A stretch of 49,603 bases of DNA from Planctomycetaceae bacterium (GCA_009691905.1 SIAF01000001.1:1-49603); one strand, 5' to 3'; positions 20,444 to 29,225 are shown, counted from the first letter of the stretch. A program made the numbers and translations. Notes: a model not told the origin generated them from the sequence alone.

Positions 20444-20797
20444 ATGGCGAAATTGAATTCCGAATTGATGCGCGGCAGCCTCGACCTGATGCTGCTGACG
20501 GTGCTCTCGGGCGGCAAAAAGTACGGCTACCTGCTGCAGCAGGAATTGCGCGATGCCAGCCGCGGGCTGATCGACATCCAGGCCGGCACCATGTACCCGC
20601 TGCTGCACCGGCTGGAAGCCGACAAACTGATTCGCAGTTCGTGGGACGATTCGACCGGGCGGCGGCGCAAGTGGTACGAGCTGACGCCCACAGGCCGCAA
20701 GCGGTTGTCGCAGCAGGCCCGCGAATGGCACGAATACGCCGAGTGTTTGAAGAACATGTTGTCACCGGTGCTGGAGCCGGTTCCCAGGACGGCTTGA
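20444..20797 (+). CDS. PadR family transcriptional regulator
   Basis: LDLMLLTVLSGGKKYGYLLQQEL...GTMYPLLHRLEADKLIRSSW...RRKWYELTPTGRK is the canonical PadR winged helix. Confidence 0.92.
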   Translation: MAKLNSELMRGSLDLMLLTVLSGGKKYGYLLQQELRDASRGLIDIQAGTMYPLLHRLEADKLIRSSWDDSTGRRRKWYELTPTGRKRLSQQAREWHEYAECLKNMLSPVLEPVPRTA

Positions 20798-20830
20798 GAA
20801 AAAAGCAATGAGTCACCCTTAACCCAGCGA

Positions 20831-20882
20831 GCCGGTGGGTTTACCCCACCGGGCTCTCATACCACCGGGGTAAACCCGGTGG
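20831..20882. repeat. Two REP-like hairpins between padR and its partner gene
   Basis: CCGGTGGG-TTTAC-CCCACCGG lies at 20831-20854 and CCACCGGG-GTAAA-CCCGGTGG at 20862-20882. Each has an 8-bp stem. Confidence 0.7.
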
Positions 20883-20926
20883 ATCGCTTGGTCTTTGGTT
20901 TCTATGGTGAACTCCAGGATGCCATC

Positions 20927-22129
20927 ATGCCTGAACGAGAATTCGAACTGTACCTGTCTCTGTTGAGCCGCTTTCTGCGACTCAAGCCCGCGCAGCACGA
21001 CGAGATCGCCGACGAGCTGCGCGATCATCTCGAACAGCGTCTGGAGGAACTTGCCGCGCGCGGTCTCTCGCGCGATGAGGCAATCCGAATGGCGCTGGAA
21101 GAATTCGGCGATGCGGCCGAGCTGGCAAATCATTTCAAAAACGTCACCCGTCTCCGCAAAAGGAAACTGATCATGCGCTACACCTATGGAACCGCCGCTG
21201 CATTGGCGACCGCTGTGTTGATCGCTACCGGCTTCTGGCCCCAATCCCCGCACAGCCCGCTGCCGTCGCAAGGCGTCGCGCAGGAGGGATCGGGGGGGGC
21301 GTTGGCTGGGGATGAATCGGACGAGCTGTTTCCTGTGGTGGCCGAAGCAACCGGTGGCGCGGTCGTCCGCGCCGATAACGCCAAGGCGCAGGTCGAGGCG
21401 AAGCTGGCCAAGCCGATGGGCAAGGTGGATTTCAACGAGACGCCGATGAAAGACGTGCTGGAATTCATCAGCGACGCGACCGAACTCGACATTCTGTTCG
21501 AAAAGGCGCAAGCAAATGATGCCGGCATCAGCGTTGACCAGCCTGTGACCCTGATCGTCAGGCGAACGACACTCACCGCCAAAGCCACTCTGGATCTGAT
21601 TCTCGAACCGATGCAACTGTGTTACACAATTCGCGACGGCCTGGTCATGGTCGGCACGATTGCAGCCAACAATGAAATCGAAGTCTACAACGTGCGCGAT
21701 CTGGTCCCCGAAAACGGCGGTGCGGCGATGGCAGGAGCGCAGGGCGGAATGGGCGGGGGTGGTGGTGGTGGATTCTTCGCGGTCGATTCGCTCGTGCCGG
21801 TCATCGTGGCGGCCCAACTGGCGCAGGGATTCGGCGGCGGCGGGGCCGGTGCCGCCGCGCCAATGGCCAGCGGAATGGGAGGCGCTGCGATGGGGGCGCA
21901 CCCCCATGCGGCTTCGTCTCTGGCAGCACTGATTGCAACCACGATTGATCCCGAGTCATGGAGCGATGCCGGCGGCCACGGCTCAATTATGGAGTACAAC
22001 GGCATGCTGGTCGTCAAAAACAGCCAGCCGGTGCATGCCAAGGTCAAGAAATTGCTCGAAATGATGCGGGAGTCAATTCGCGAAAATCCGCCAGTCGGGC
22101 CGGCGGCCGCCATCAACGGCGGGAGTTGA
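20927..22129 (+). CDS. PadR-associated membrane sensor protein (HAAS/DUF1700-like N-terminal helical domain, one TM, extracytoplasmic C-terminal domain)
   Basis: MPEREFELYLSLLSRFLRL...IADELRDHLEQRLEELAARGLSRDEAIRMALEEFGD is the prefix domain usually encoded next to PadR. It is followed by a TM helix (AAALATAVLIATGFW), a folded domain, a Gly-rich linker and a C-terminal domain. Confidence 0.7.
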   Translation: MPEREFELYLSLLSRFLRLKPAQHDEIADELRDHLEQRLEELAARGLSRDEAIRMALEEFGDAAELANHFKNVTRLRKRKLIMRYTYGTAAALATAVLIATGFWPQSPHSPLPSQGVAQEGSGGALAGDESDELFPVVAEATGGAVVRADNAKAQVEAKLAKPMGKVDFNETPMKDVLEFISDATELDILFEKAQANDAGISVDQPVTLIVRRTTLTAKATLDLILEPMQLCYTIRDGLVMVGTIAANNEIEVYNVRDLVPENGGAAMAGAQGGMGGGGGGGFFAVDSLVPVIVAAQLAQGFGGGGAGAAAPMASGMGGAAMGAHPHAASSLAALIATTIDPESWSDAGGHGSIMEYNGMLVVKNSQPVHAKVKKLLEMMRESIRENPPVGPAAAINGGS

Positions 22130-22264
22130 CACGCCGTAATCCGGGCGGGTGGCGTTGCCCGCCACTCTGCGGCTGGTGGCCGCAGGAGTGTCGGCGACGC
22201 GCGGCCCTACGGCACACCCCTCTCGGTTTTGGTTTTGCGATGGAAGCGCTATCAAAGCGCCACG

Positions 22265-22429
22265 CGACCCCCCCTGCCCCCCCTTGCTAAAGGGGGGAGT
22301 TCGCTACCGCCCCAAGGGGCGGGAGGACGGGGACCGCTTCGCGGTCGGTCTGCCGGCGGCGACCGACCCGCCGACCGCGAAGCGGTCGCCCTTTCTCCCC
22401 CCCTTAGGAAGGGGGGGCAGGGGGGGTCG
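22265..22429. repeat. Composite palindrome made of hairpin-forming sub-units
   Basis: The outer arms are 22265-22299 (CGACCCCCCCTGCCCCCCCTTGCTAAAGGGGGGAG) and 22395-22429 (its near-complement). The inner arms GACCGCTTCGCGGTCGG (22332-22348) and CCGACCGCGAAGCGGTC (22371-22387) are each self-complementary. Confidence 0.8.
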
Positions 22430-22676
22430 AGTCCGAATTCGAATCACGCTTCCCCTCGCGCTTCGTCCTCCGCCCCTGCGACACATCCGGTGCCAATCGC
22501 TTCATCTGCTTGCGTACCACTCGCGCGCAAGACGCTCTTCGGTGCCACTCGTGTTTCGCCACCCCACGGGGCCATCGCTCGACCGTCTTGCAGGTCTAGC
22601 GTCGCGACGTGCGAAACTCGGGACTGCGAGTCACGTCGCAGCCACGTGCACTCGCTCTGACCTCGCCACCAAGCGC

Positions 22677-24374
22677 TCATTCGTTCGGCGCCAAACGCGC
22701 CAATCCCGACCGCGCGCGTTCGACGTAGCCAGCGGCACTCGAATCGTAACCATACAATTCGACGAGACTGCTCCAGATCGCGCGGGCCTGCTCGGCGGTC
22801 GCGGGGTCTTGCGCCAGTTCATCGGCGCGGGCGAGCGCGGCTTCCACCAATCGATTGCGGTCGGGTTGCTCGGCATCGCTCTCGCCCCACTCTTTGAGCG
22901 ATTGAGCCGACAAATCGAAAATTCGCTGCTGCTCGGCGTCGCGGGGCTCGATTCCCGCCAGCACTTGATGAAGGGAGTTGAGGATTCGCTGAGCCCGGGT
23001 GTAATCGCCGATCTGCCGGTAATGCAGCGCGAGCTGCAGCAAGCGTTCGGATTCGGATTCCGGCGCGGCACCCTTTTTGCGCCGGTTAACGCCGCTCGAG
23101 CGGCCCAGTTCGTAGAGCTTGATTTGATTGAGATACGGTTCGACCTGTTCCCGCCAGGTCTCGGGATCGTTGGCCAGCAGTTTATCAAACGACTCGCGCC
23201 GGGCCTGGATCCAGCCGGGGCCTGCCTGCTGTTCCATCGCGGCGACCCCTTTGTCGAACAGCGCCTGCTGCGAAACGGGGCGCGGCCAGAACCACCACAC
23301 CCCGCCGCCGACGACCAGCGTCAGCAGCGTCAACTGCACGGCCAGCGAATTGAACAGCGACGAGAGCCAGTGGCCGCGATTGAGCTCTTCCAGTTCGGCG
23401 CGCATCAGCCCCTGCATCAGCGTGGCAGGACCGGGTATGCCGGGCCGGCCGTCGGCGGCACTCTCGTCTGCGGCACTGCTGCCGCTGACGACCATCGTGA
23501 CCGCGTCGGGCGCCGACGGCGACGTATTGGCCTTTGTCGCGCCTTTCTCGGCGAATTCTTCATGCCGCACGATCTGTTCGAGGTGCCGCAATAACACCAA
23601 TGCATCGGGGAAACGCTTGGCGGGGTCTTTTTCGAGCAGGCGGCAGATGGTTTCTTCGACGCGTTTCGGAAGATCGTCGACGAACAGGCTGGGGCGATCG
23701 AACAGGCCGAAGCGGTGCTTTTGAATGACTTCGACGGCCGTCGATCCCGAAAACGGAGTGCGGCCGGTGATCATTGTGTACATCACGGCGCCGAGAGAGT
23801 ACAGGTCGCTCTGCTTGCCGGCCCGTTTGCCCTCGGCCTGCTCGGGAGACATGTATTCGGCCGTGCCGATAATCCCCCCCGTGATCGTCAGCCGCTGACT
23901 GGCGAAGACCTGGGCCACGCCGAAGTCGGTCAGCTTGATGAAGTCGTTTTCGGCGACGAGCAGGTTGGAGGGCTTGAGATCGCGATGGATGATGCCGTGG
24001 TCGTGGGCCGATTTGAGCGCCTGGCAGATCTGCACGGCAATCTCGACCGCCTTCTGCCAGGGCAAGCGCTTTTCGCGGCGCATCATCGCCATCAGCGTCT
24101 CGCCGGGGACGTACTCCATCGCGTAATAATAGTTTCCGCCGTCCATGCCGCTTTCGAACAGCTTGACGATATGCGGGTTGTCGAGCTTGCGCATGGCGTC
24201 GATTTCGCGATTGAAGCGATCGACGAAGCCCCCCTCTTGTGCGAGGGAGGCGCTCAAGACCTTGATGGCCGCCCTGGCCTGGGTTTCGTCGTGTTCCCCG
24301 AGGTAAACCTGCCCCATCCCGCCGGAGCCGATCTTTTCGAGAATGCGGTAAGGGCCGATCCGTTCGGGAGTCAT
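22677..24374 (-). CDS. Serine/threonine protein kinase with TM segment and helical (TPR-like) C-terminal domain
   Basis: The Hanks kinase motifs are present: GSGGMGQVY, AIKVL, HRDLKPSNLL, DFGVA, GTAEYMSPE. A TM helix (LTLLTLVVGGGVWWFW) and a helical C-terminal region follow. Confidence 0.92.
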   Translation of the reverse strand: MTPERIGPYRILEKIGSGGMGQVYLGEHDETQARAAIKVLSASLAQEGGFVDRFNREIDAMRKLDNPHIVKLFESGMDGGNYYYAMEYVPGETLMAMMRREKRLPWQKAVEIAVQICQALKSAHDHGIIHRDLKPSNLLVAENDFIKLTDFGVAQVFASQRLTITGGIIGTAEYMSPEQAEGKRAGKQSDLYSLGAVMYTMITGRTPFSGSTAVEVIQKHRFGLFDRPSLFVDDLPKRVEETICRLLEKDPAKRFPDALVLLRHLEQIVRHEEFAEKGATKANTSPSAPDAVTMVVSGSSAADESAADGRPGIPGPATLMQGLMRAELEELNRGHWLSSLFNSLAVQLTLLTLVVGGGVWWFWPRPVSQQALFDKGVAAMEQQAGPGWIQARRESFDKLLANDPETWREQVEPYLNQIKLYELGRSSGVNRRKKGAAPESESERLLQLALHYRQIGDYTRAQRILNSLHQVLAGIEPRDAEQQRIFDLSAQSLKEWGESDAEQPDRNRLVEAALARADELAQDPATAEQARAIWSSLVELYGYDSSAAGYVERARSGLARLAPNE

Positions 24375-24440
24375 GGGGGCGCGATCGAGAATGAGGAAAG
24401 GCGAAACTCGAATTCACCGCGCAGGATTTGAGGTTGCCGG

Positions 24441-24546
24441 CGCTAGCAGCCTGTTAAAAATGGTGACTGGCTTCGACGCGAAGAGATAAATACTGGGAAA
24501 TCTGATGTGTTTCGGCGGAGCCTGACTCATTTTCAACAGGCTGCTA
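24441..24546. repeat. 20-bp inverted repeat pair (GCTAGCAGCCTGTTAAAAATG / CATTTTCAACAGGCTGCTAG)
   Basis: The arms are at 24441-24461 and 24527-24546, in the spacer between the kinase start and the marR stop. Confidence 0.7.
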
Positions 24547-24575
24547 GACGACTCGCGGGAGTTCGACGACTCTCT

Positions 24576-25166
24576 CTACTCGCTGGGGACGCTGGGATTG
24601 TTGTGGTCGTAAGCGGGGTTCAGCGCCTGCGGTACGGGGCCGGTCGGCGTCGCAAATCGTTCCGGTTGCGGTCTCGCTCCGGCCGTCTCGCCGTCGATTG
24701 CCGCAACGGCTGCCGGGGCGACTCCTCCGCTGCACGGTTCCATCATGTCGGCCACCCGCTGCAGCGTGCTGAGGACGGCATTTTGTTCCCAGTCGGGCAT
24801 CGCGCCCAGACGGCGCTGGAACGACTCGCACAACTGCGACGGAGCGCTGGCAAACAGTCGCGTCCCCAGGTTGGTGAGACTCAAGAGCACACTGCGGCGG
24901 TCAACGGCATGGCGGGTGCGGCAGACCAGGCCCCGCTCTTCCAGGCGGTCGAGAATGCCGGTCAGCGTTGCCGAACCCAGGTGAATTTCGGCAGCGAGCG
25001 TTCCCGTCGAAACGGGCTGCAATCGCTCGATTTCCAACAGAGTCGCCAGTTGCGGTGCGGTCAGGCCGTGCCGCAACAGCAAGGCTCGTGAATGCAGGTC
25101 AATGGCCCGGCTGATGCGCCTCAAGGCCCGTGCCAGTCGATCTTCGACGGAAAGCTGTTTGTTCAT
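24576..25166 (-). CDS. MarR family transcriptional regulator
   Basis: LTAPQLATLLEIERLQPVSTGTLAAEIHLGSATLTGILDRLEERGLVCRTRHAVDRRSVLLSLT is the MarR winged-helix core. The C-terminal tail is proline-rich. Confidence 0.88.
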   Translation of the reverse strand: MNKQLSVEDRLARALRRISRAIDLHSRALLLRHGLTAPQLATLLEIERLQPVSTGTLAAEIHLGSATLTGILDRLEERGLVCRTRHAVDRRSVLLSLTNLGTRLFASAPSQLCESFQRRLGAMPDWEQNAVLSTLQRVADMMEPCSGGVAPAAVAAIDGETAGARPQPERFATPTGPVPQALNPAYDHNNPSVPSE

Positions 25167-25304
25167 AACCTGTTGATAGACTGTGAGTTAATCGTGGTAT
25201 GTCTCAAATAAAAGGTTCTACACATATTATTCGTGGACAAAGTATTTTGGAAGCCCAATCGGGCAACTCTCGCGAATAATTAAGGAAAAACGCAGTGATT
25301 CGGG

Positions 25305-25333
25305 TTGACAATTATTTCTGATCAAACTAACTT
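25305..25333 (+). promoter_or_regulatory. Candidate sigma70-like promoter for csrA (TTGACA-17 nt-TAACTT), implying a ~170-nt leader
   Basis: TTGACA 25305-25310, 17-nt spacer, TAACTT 25328-25333, all inside the AT-rich island. Confidence 0.4.
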
Positions 25334-25508
25334 AGCGCGACAGTAAGAGATTTGTTCCATGTAATCACTCAAATGGAGTTGATTCGCAAGCGAACGAAAT
25401 GATCTCGAATTGCTGGTTGCGGTTTCCGCAACATGCCGTGGCCCCGGTCGGAATCGGTTGTGCCGCTGCCTGTGCCGTCGCCAGCCTGACTTCAGGGAGG
25501 AAAACGTC

Positions 25509-25751
25509 ATGCTCGTTCTCACACGTCGGCCGGAGGAGGCCATCATCATCGGCAATTCGATTCGCCTGACGGTGCTGGAGATCAAGGGAAACAAGATTCG
25601 GATCGGGATCGAAGCGCCTCCGAACGTTCGCATTCACCGCAGCGAACTTCTCACGCGGGGCGCGTTTGATTTCCACGTTGTGGATGGCGGCGACTTCGAT
25701 ATTGATCTGCCCGCTGGTGAAGGGCTCGTCGAGCCGATGTCCTGCATCTGA
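25509..25751 (+). CDS. csrA: Carbon storage regulator CsrA (RNA-binding translational regulator)
   Basis: MLVLTRRPEEAIIIGNSIRLTVLEIKGNKIRIGIEAPPNVRIHRSEL matches the CsrA consensus almost residue by residue. The SD GGGAGGA lies at 25495-25501. Confidence 0.93.
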   Translation: MLVLTRRPEEAIIIGNSIRLTVLEIKGNKIRIGIEAPPNVRIHRSELLTRGAFDFHVVDGGDFDIDLPAGEGLVEPMSCI

Positions 25752-25762
25752 ACGCGGCCGTG

Positions 25763-26995
25763 TTAATAACCCGCGAGCTGCGCCAGGGCCAAGGCCAGTT
25801 CGCGCTCGAGGTCGGTGACGTGCTCCAGTCCCACTGAGAGTCGCACCAAGCCGTCGCCGATCCCGTATTCGCGACGTTCGTCGGCCGTCATGAATTTGTG
25901 CGAAGTGCCGGCCGGATACGATAGCGTGCTTCGCGCATCGGCGAGCGTCGGCGAAAATGGAATACTTTCCGCCAACGCCCGAAACAGCGCCGCCACGGCC
26001 GGTTTGCCGCCGGTCAGGTCGAACGACAGCATCCCGCCGAACGCACCTTCCAGTAATTGCCGCGCGACCGCATGGCTGGGATGCTCGTCGAGACCGGGGT
26101 AATAGACCCGCGCCACGCCCGGTTGCTGCTTGAGAAACGCCGCCAGTTGCCCGGCTGTCTCTGAAACGCGCTGAACGCGCAAGGGCAACGTGCGCAACCC
26201 GCGCGAGGCCAGCCAGCACTCGAAGGGGTTGCTGTTGACGCCGTACAGCGCCGCCAGCCCACGCACCTTGCGAATGTGATCGCGCGGCCCGACGACGACT
26301 CCCAGCATCACGTCGCCATGGCCGTTCAAATACTTCGAGGCACTGTGAAACACCAGCCGCGCGCCGTGCTGCAACGGTCGCAACAGGCAGGGGGTGGCGA
26401 AGGTGCTGTCGACGAGCAGCGGCACGTCGCCGATCGCCGCGACGATCGCCGGAATGTCGGCGACTTCCATCAACGGGTTGGAAATGCTCTCGACGATCGC
26501 CAGCCGGGTCGACGCTGTGATCGCCCGACGAAATTCGTCGGGGTGATTGGCATCGACATAGGTGACCCCGACTCCGAACGACGATTGCAGGTGATTGAGC
26601 AATTGTGCCGTGCGGCCATACAGCACGCGTGCGGCGACGATTTGTTCGCCCGATTTGACGTGCGCGAGGAGCACGGCCGTCATCGCCCCCATGCCCGAAG
26701 CGCACACCACACCCGCCTCGGCCCCTTCGAGTTGGGCGACGTCGGCAGCGAACGCGTCGTGGTTGGGGTTGCCGTCGCGCGTGTAGATGTAACCCGCTTC
26801 ACGGCCGCTGGCGACCGCATCGAGTTGTTCGAGACCGTGCATGTCGAAAGCCGTGGTCTGGTAAATCGCCGGCGCGCTGGGCCGCGTGGCAAACTCGCGA
26901 TACCAGCCCCCGCGGGCACAAATTGTTTCGTCGGAAAGGTGCAGATCCACGGGAAGGTCTCGCTGGAAGGGGTTGAAGGTTGCGGCGCGGGGCAT
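25763..26995 (-). CDS. Cys/Met-metabolism PLP-dependent enzyme (cystathionine gamma-synthase / beta-lyase / gamma-lyase family)
   Basis: YQTTAF...YTRDGNPN...CASGMGAM...FHSASKYLNGHGDV contains the PLP-lysine motif of the trans-sulfuration enzyme family. Substrate specificity cannot be assigned from sequence alone. Confidence 0.85.
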   Translation of the reverse strand: MPRAATFNPFQRDLPVDLHLSDETICARGGWYREFATRPSAPAIYQTTAFDMHGLEQLDAVASGREAGYIYTRDGNPNHDAFAADVAQLEGAEAGVVCASGMGAMTAVLLAHVKSGEQIVAARVLYGRTAQLLNHLQSSFGVGVTYVDANHPDEFRRAITASTRLAIVESISNPLMEVADIPAIVAAIGDVPLLVDSTFATPCLLRPLQHGARLVFHSASKYLNGHGDVMLGVVVGPRDHIRKVRGLAALYGVNSNPFECWLASRGLRTLPLRVQRVSETAGQLAAFLKQQPGVARVYYPGLDEHPSHAVARQLLEGAFGGMLSFDLTGGKPAVAALFRALAESIPFSPTLADARSTLSYPAGTSHKFMTADERREYGIGDGLVRLSVGLEHVTDLERELALALAQLAGY

Positions 26996-27050
26996 GTTGG
27001 CGTTGACGCCAAATCATAACGACGGAATTGGACTTGTGCCTCGTTGCTGT

Positions 27051-27104
27051 CGTGTGGACTTTAGTCCACACGTCGAATTGTTTCGTGTGGACTAAAGTCC
27101 ACAC
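27051..27104. repeat. Twin 20-bp hairpins GTGTGGACT-TT-AGTCCACAC and its exact reverse complement
   Basis: The copies are at 27052-27071 and 27085-27104. They are identical apart from the orientation of the central TTT/AAA. Confidence 0.8.
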
Positions 27105-27138
27105 TAGGGGATTTCCCACGCCTCCGAGCGGTGCGGTC

Positions 27139-27378
27139 TCAGGGCGACCTCGCGGGGGCCGAGCGTTTCAAGAGATCGGCCTGCTGTTGCGCCTCACGCG
27201 GGCGTCGCTGCGCCTCGAACAGCCGGATCAGCAGCGAGCGAAACTGTCGGTCGGCGGGATTCAGCCGCAGTCCCGCCTCGCAGGCTTTGACGGCTGCGTC
27301 TAGGTCGCGCCGGGCGATGGCGATTTGCGCTTCCGTCGGCCGGTAACGAACCTGATCCGGGGCCAGCTCGCCTCGCAA
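27139..27378 (-). CDS. Possible small TPR-like protein or remnant of one
   Basis: This 79-aa ORF has a TTG start. AQIAIARRDLDAAVKACEAGLRLNPADRQFRSLLIRLFEAQRRPREA looks like a TPR helix pair. It has no ATG and no convincing RBS. Confidence 0.3.
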   Translation of the reverse strand: MRGELAPDQVRYRPTEAQIAIARRDLDAAVKACEAGLRLNPADRQFRSLLIRLFEAQRRPREAQQQADLLKRSAPARSP

Positions 27379-27762
27379 TTCGCCCCGTCCCGGCAGGGAC
27401 TCGCCGAATGTGAGGTCCCATCAAGTCTTCGCCGGTTTGTCGTTATCCCAAACCTGTGTGTCAGTGCGCCGCAGAATTCTCGGCGACCCAGGCCGGCTCG
27501 ACTCCATCGCAATTGGGACGGGCCACTCATCAAGTTTCTTGCGGGAAGCGCGAACAAAAAAAGGCAAGCGGCGCCACCGATTCCGCGGAATACGCCCGCT
27601 GTTCGACCGACACGCAATGGAGATTGACCTGCCGAACCGCGTCGTGGAACGATTGGTTGGGTGGCCCCTGCCTGCCGCCCTCCGGCGGCGTGAGTGAGTG
27701 ACGTGCTTTGCGACCTTTGGCCCCCCTGCAAAGGGGGGAAATCGCAGGAAGAGGGCGATGTG

Positions 27763-27926
27763 TTGCCGGCCCGCGGCTTGTTGAACACTCCCAGCGATTT
27801 CGCGGGAATTCGGCGGTTTTGGTCGGTTTCCTTGTTGAACAATCCGAGGAGTGTGGGAACGCCGTTGGTGCGTCTTTCGGAGAAAGACGCCTACACTTTG
27901 CCGGCCCGTGGCTTGTTGAACACTCC
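27763..27926 (+). repeat. 29-bp direct repeat (TTGCCGGCCCGYGGCTTGTTGAACACTCC), two copies 135 bp apart
   Basis: The copies are at 27763-27791 and 27898-27926 and differ at one base. A partial third copy (CTTGTTGAACAATCC) lies at 27831-27845. A 9-bp-stem hairpin GCGTCTTTC-GGA-GAAAGACGC lies at about 27871-27891. Confidence 0.8.
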
Positions 27927-28009
27927 GGTGGGTGGGCGGCGACTCGCACACGACAGATGGACTCGCGTCCGCTTTGCGACTCAGCGACTCAGTTGCGCGG
28001 CGCGGTGCA

Positions 28010-28039
28010 GAAACAACGGGCTGACGCCCGTCGCTCGCC
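28010..28039 (+). repeat. REP family A copy (GAAACAACGGGCTGACGCCCGTCGCTCGCC)
   Basis: It has the same orientation as the copy at 29196. It lies 16 nt from the stop of the MBL gene. Confidence 0.7.
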
Positions 28040-28054
28040 TGACGAATGCCGCGG

Positions 28055-28933
28055 TCAGGAATCCATGCCACAACCAGAAACCGTTTTCACGCGCTCGGCT
28101 GCCACGACCGGGATCCGAGTGCCGACGCGGTCCTGGGCTGCGACATGCACCTCGATGCTCAAACGATGGCCGTGCAACACCTCCTGTGCGGCGGCCATCG
28201 CAAGAGACGGGCAATTGCATTGTCGGCTCAGGTGCAACTGGATCACGTGCCTCACGCGGCCGGCCGTCGAGTGCCGCAAACACGCGTCGAGCAATTGCGC
28301 TCCCTGGAGATTCGAAAGGTGGCCGTAATCGCCAAGCACGCGCGAGATCAACCACGAGGCACGGCCGCTGCCGCGCTGCAGCTCGACGTCGTGATTGAAC
28401 TCCAGCGCCAGAATATCGACATCGGCCAGCGCCTGGACGAGGCTGACATCCCACGATCCCAGATCGGCGGCGTACCCGATGGCCCACGACGGAAGCGTGT
28501 CGGTCGCGGCGTCTTCAATCCGAAACCCGAATGTCGGGCCCCCGTCGTGGGAGACGGGCAGCGGCCGGCAGCGCACCCCGTCAATCGGCGAGAACTCGCA
28601 GCGCGGCTCGTAATCTCTGACCAGCCCGGCGCATTGCAAGTCTTCGAACCCGGTACAGCGCAGTTGCAATTCGCGCTGGTGTGCAGCGTGGCAGAACAGG
28701 GGGATCCCCAGTTCCTTGAGGCGGGCGAACGTCTTTTGGTGCCAGTGGTCGGCATGGGTGTGCGTCAGGATGACCGCCCCGATTCGGCTCCAGTCGCCTC
28801 CCACGGCCGCCAAGCGCGTCGCCATGTGCCGGGGACTCAGACCCGCATCCAGCAACAGTGCCTTGTCGCCACACTCCAACAGACTGGCATTGCCACTGCT
28901 GCCACTGGCCAAAACCGTCCAACGGACCGGCAT
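28055..28933 (-). CDS. MBL-fold metallo-hydrolase
   Basis: VLASGSSGNASLLECGDKALLLDAGLS...ILTHTHADHW is the HxHxDH motif region of the metallo-beta-lactamase superfamily (YycJ/PhnP-like). Confidence 0.88.
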   Translation of the reverse strand: MPVRWTVLASGSSGNASLLECGDKALLLDAGLSPRHMATRLAAVGGDWSRIGAVILTHTHADHWHQKTFARLKELGIPLFCHAAHQRELQLRCTGFEDLQCAGLVRDYEPRCEFSPIDGVRCRPLPVSHDGGPTFGFRIEDAATDTLPSWAIGYAADLGSWDVSLVQALADVDILALEFNHDVELQRGSGRASWLISRVLGDYGHLSNLQGAQLLDACLRHSTAGRVRHVIQLHLSRQCNCPSLAMAAAQEVLHGHRLSIEVHVAAQDRVGTRIPVVAAERVKTVSGCGMDS

Positions 28934-29195
28934 GTCGTCTCCCCGGCGAATTCAATGGGCGTCCTAACGGCCCCTCGCTCGGCATTCCGGCCTCAATCGA
29001 GGGTGCCACGCGCGTATGCTGACGGGGAGTGTTTCCGGCGTCAACTCCGGCACCTTCGCTACAATCGTGCGGGGCGCTATAATCACAGTGACCGTCCGAA
29101 GTGCGGTCGCCCAACTTTCCCTGCGATGCAAAGGGTTGAATGTGTCCTGTGATCGCGCCCGTATTTGCGATTTGCGGTCGTTCTTTGGTCACGAC

Positions 29196-29225
29196 AGAAA
29201 CAGGGGGCTGACGCTCCCCGCTCGC
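29196..29225 (+). repeat. REP family A copy (GAAACAGGGGGCTGACGCTCCCCGCTCGCC)
   Basis: It lies 263 nt upstream of the MBL start codon. It forms a direct pair with 28010-28039, bracketing that gene. Confidence 0.7.

Noticed and set aside
22149-23594. 481-aa plus-strand ORF spanning the palindromic spacer and running antisense into the kinase gene.
   Set aside because: The first part is a translation of the REP/palindrome units (PPLLKGG, PPLGRGGRGG-type peptides). The rest is antisense to a kinase with all Hanks motifs.
27421-28398. ORFs of 216 aa (minus) and 234 aa (plus) in the 27.4-28.4 kb region.
   Set aside because: Both are built from direct repeats (SVQQATGRQ / PARGLLNTP recur) and REP units. 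The plus-strand ORF runs antisense into the MBL gene.
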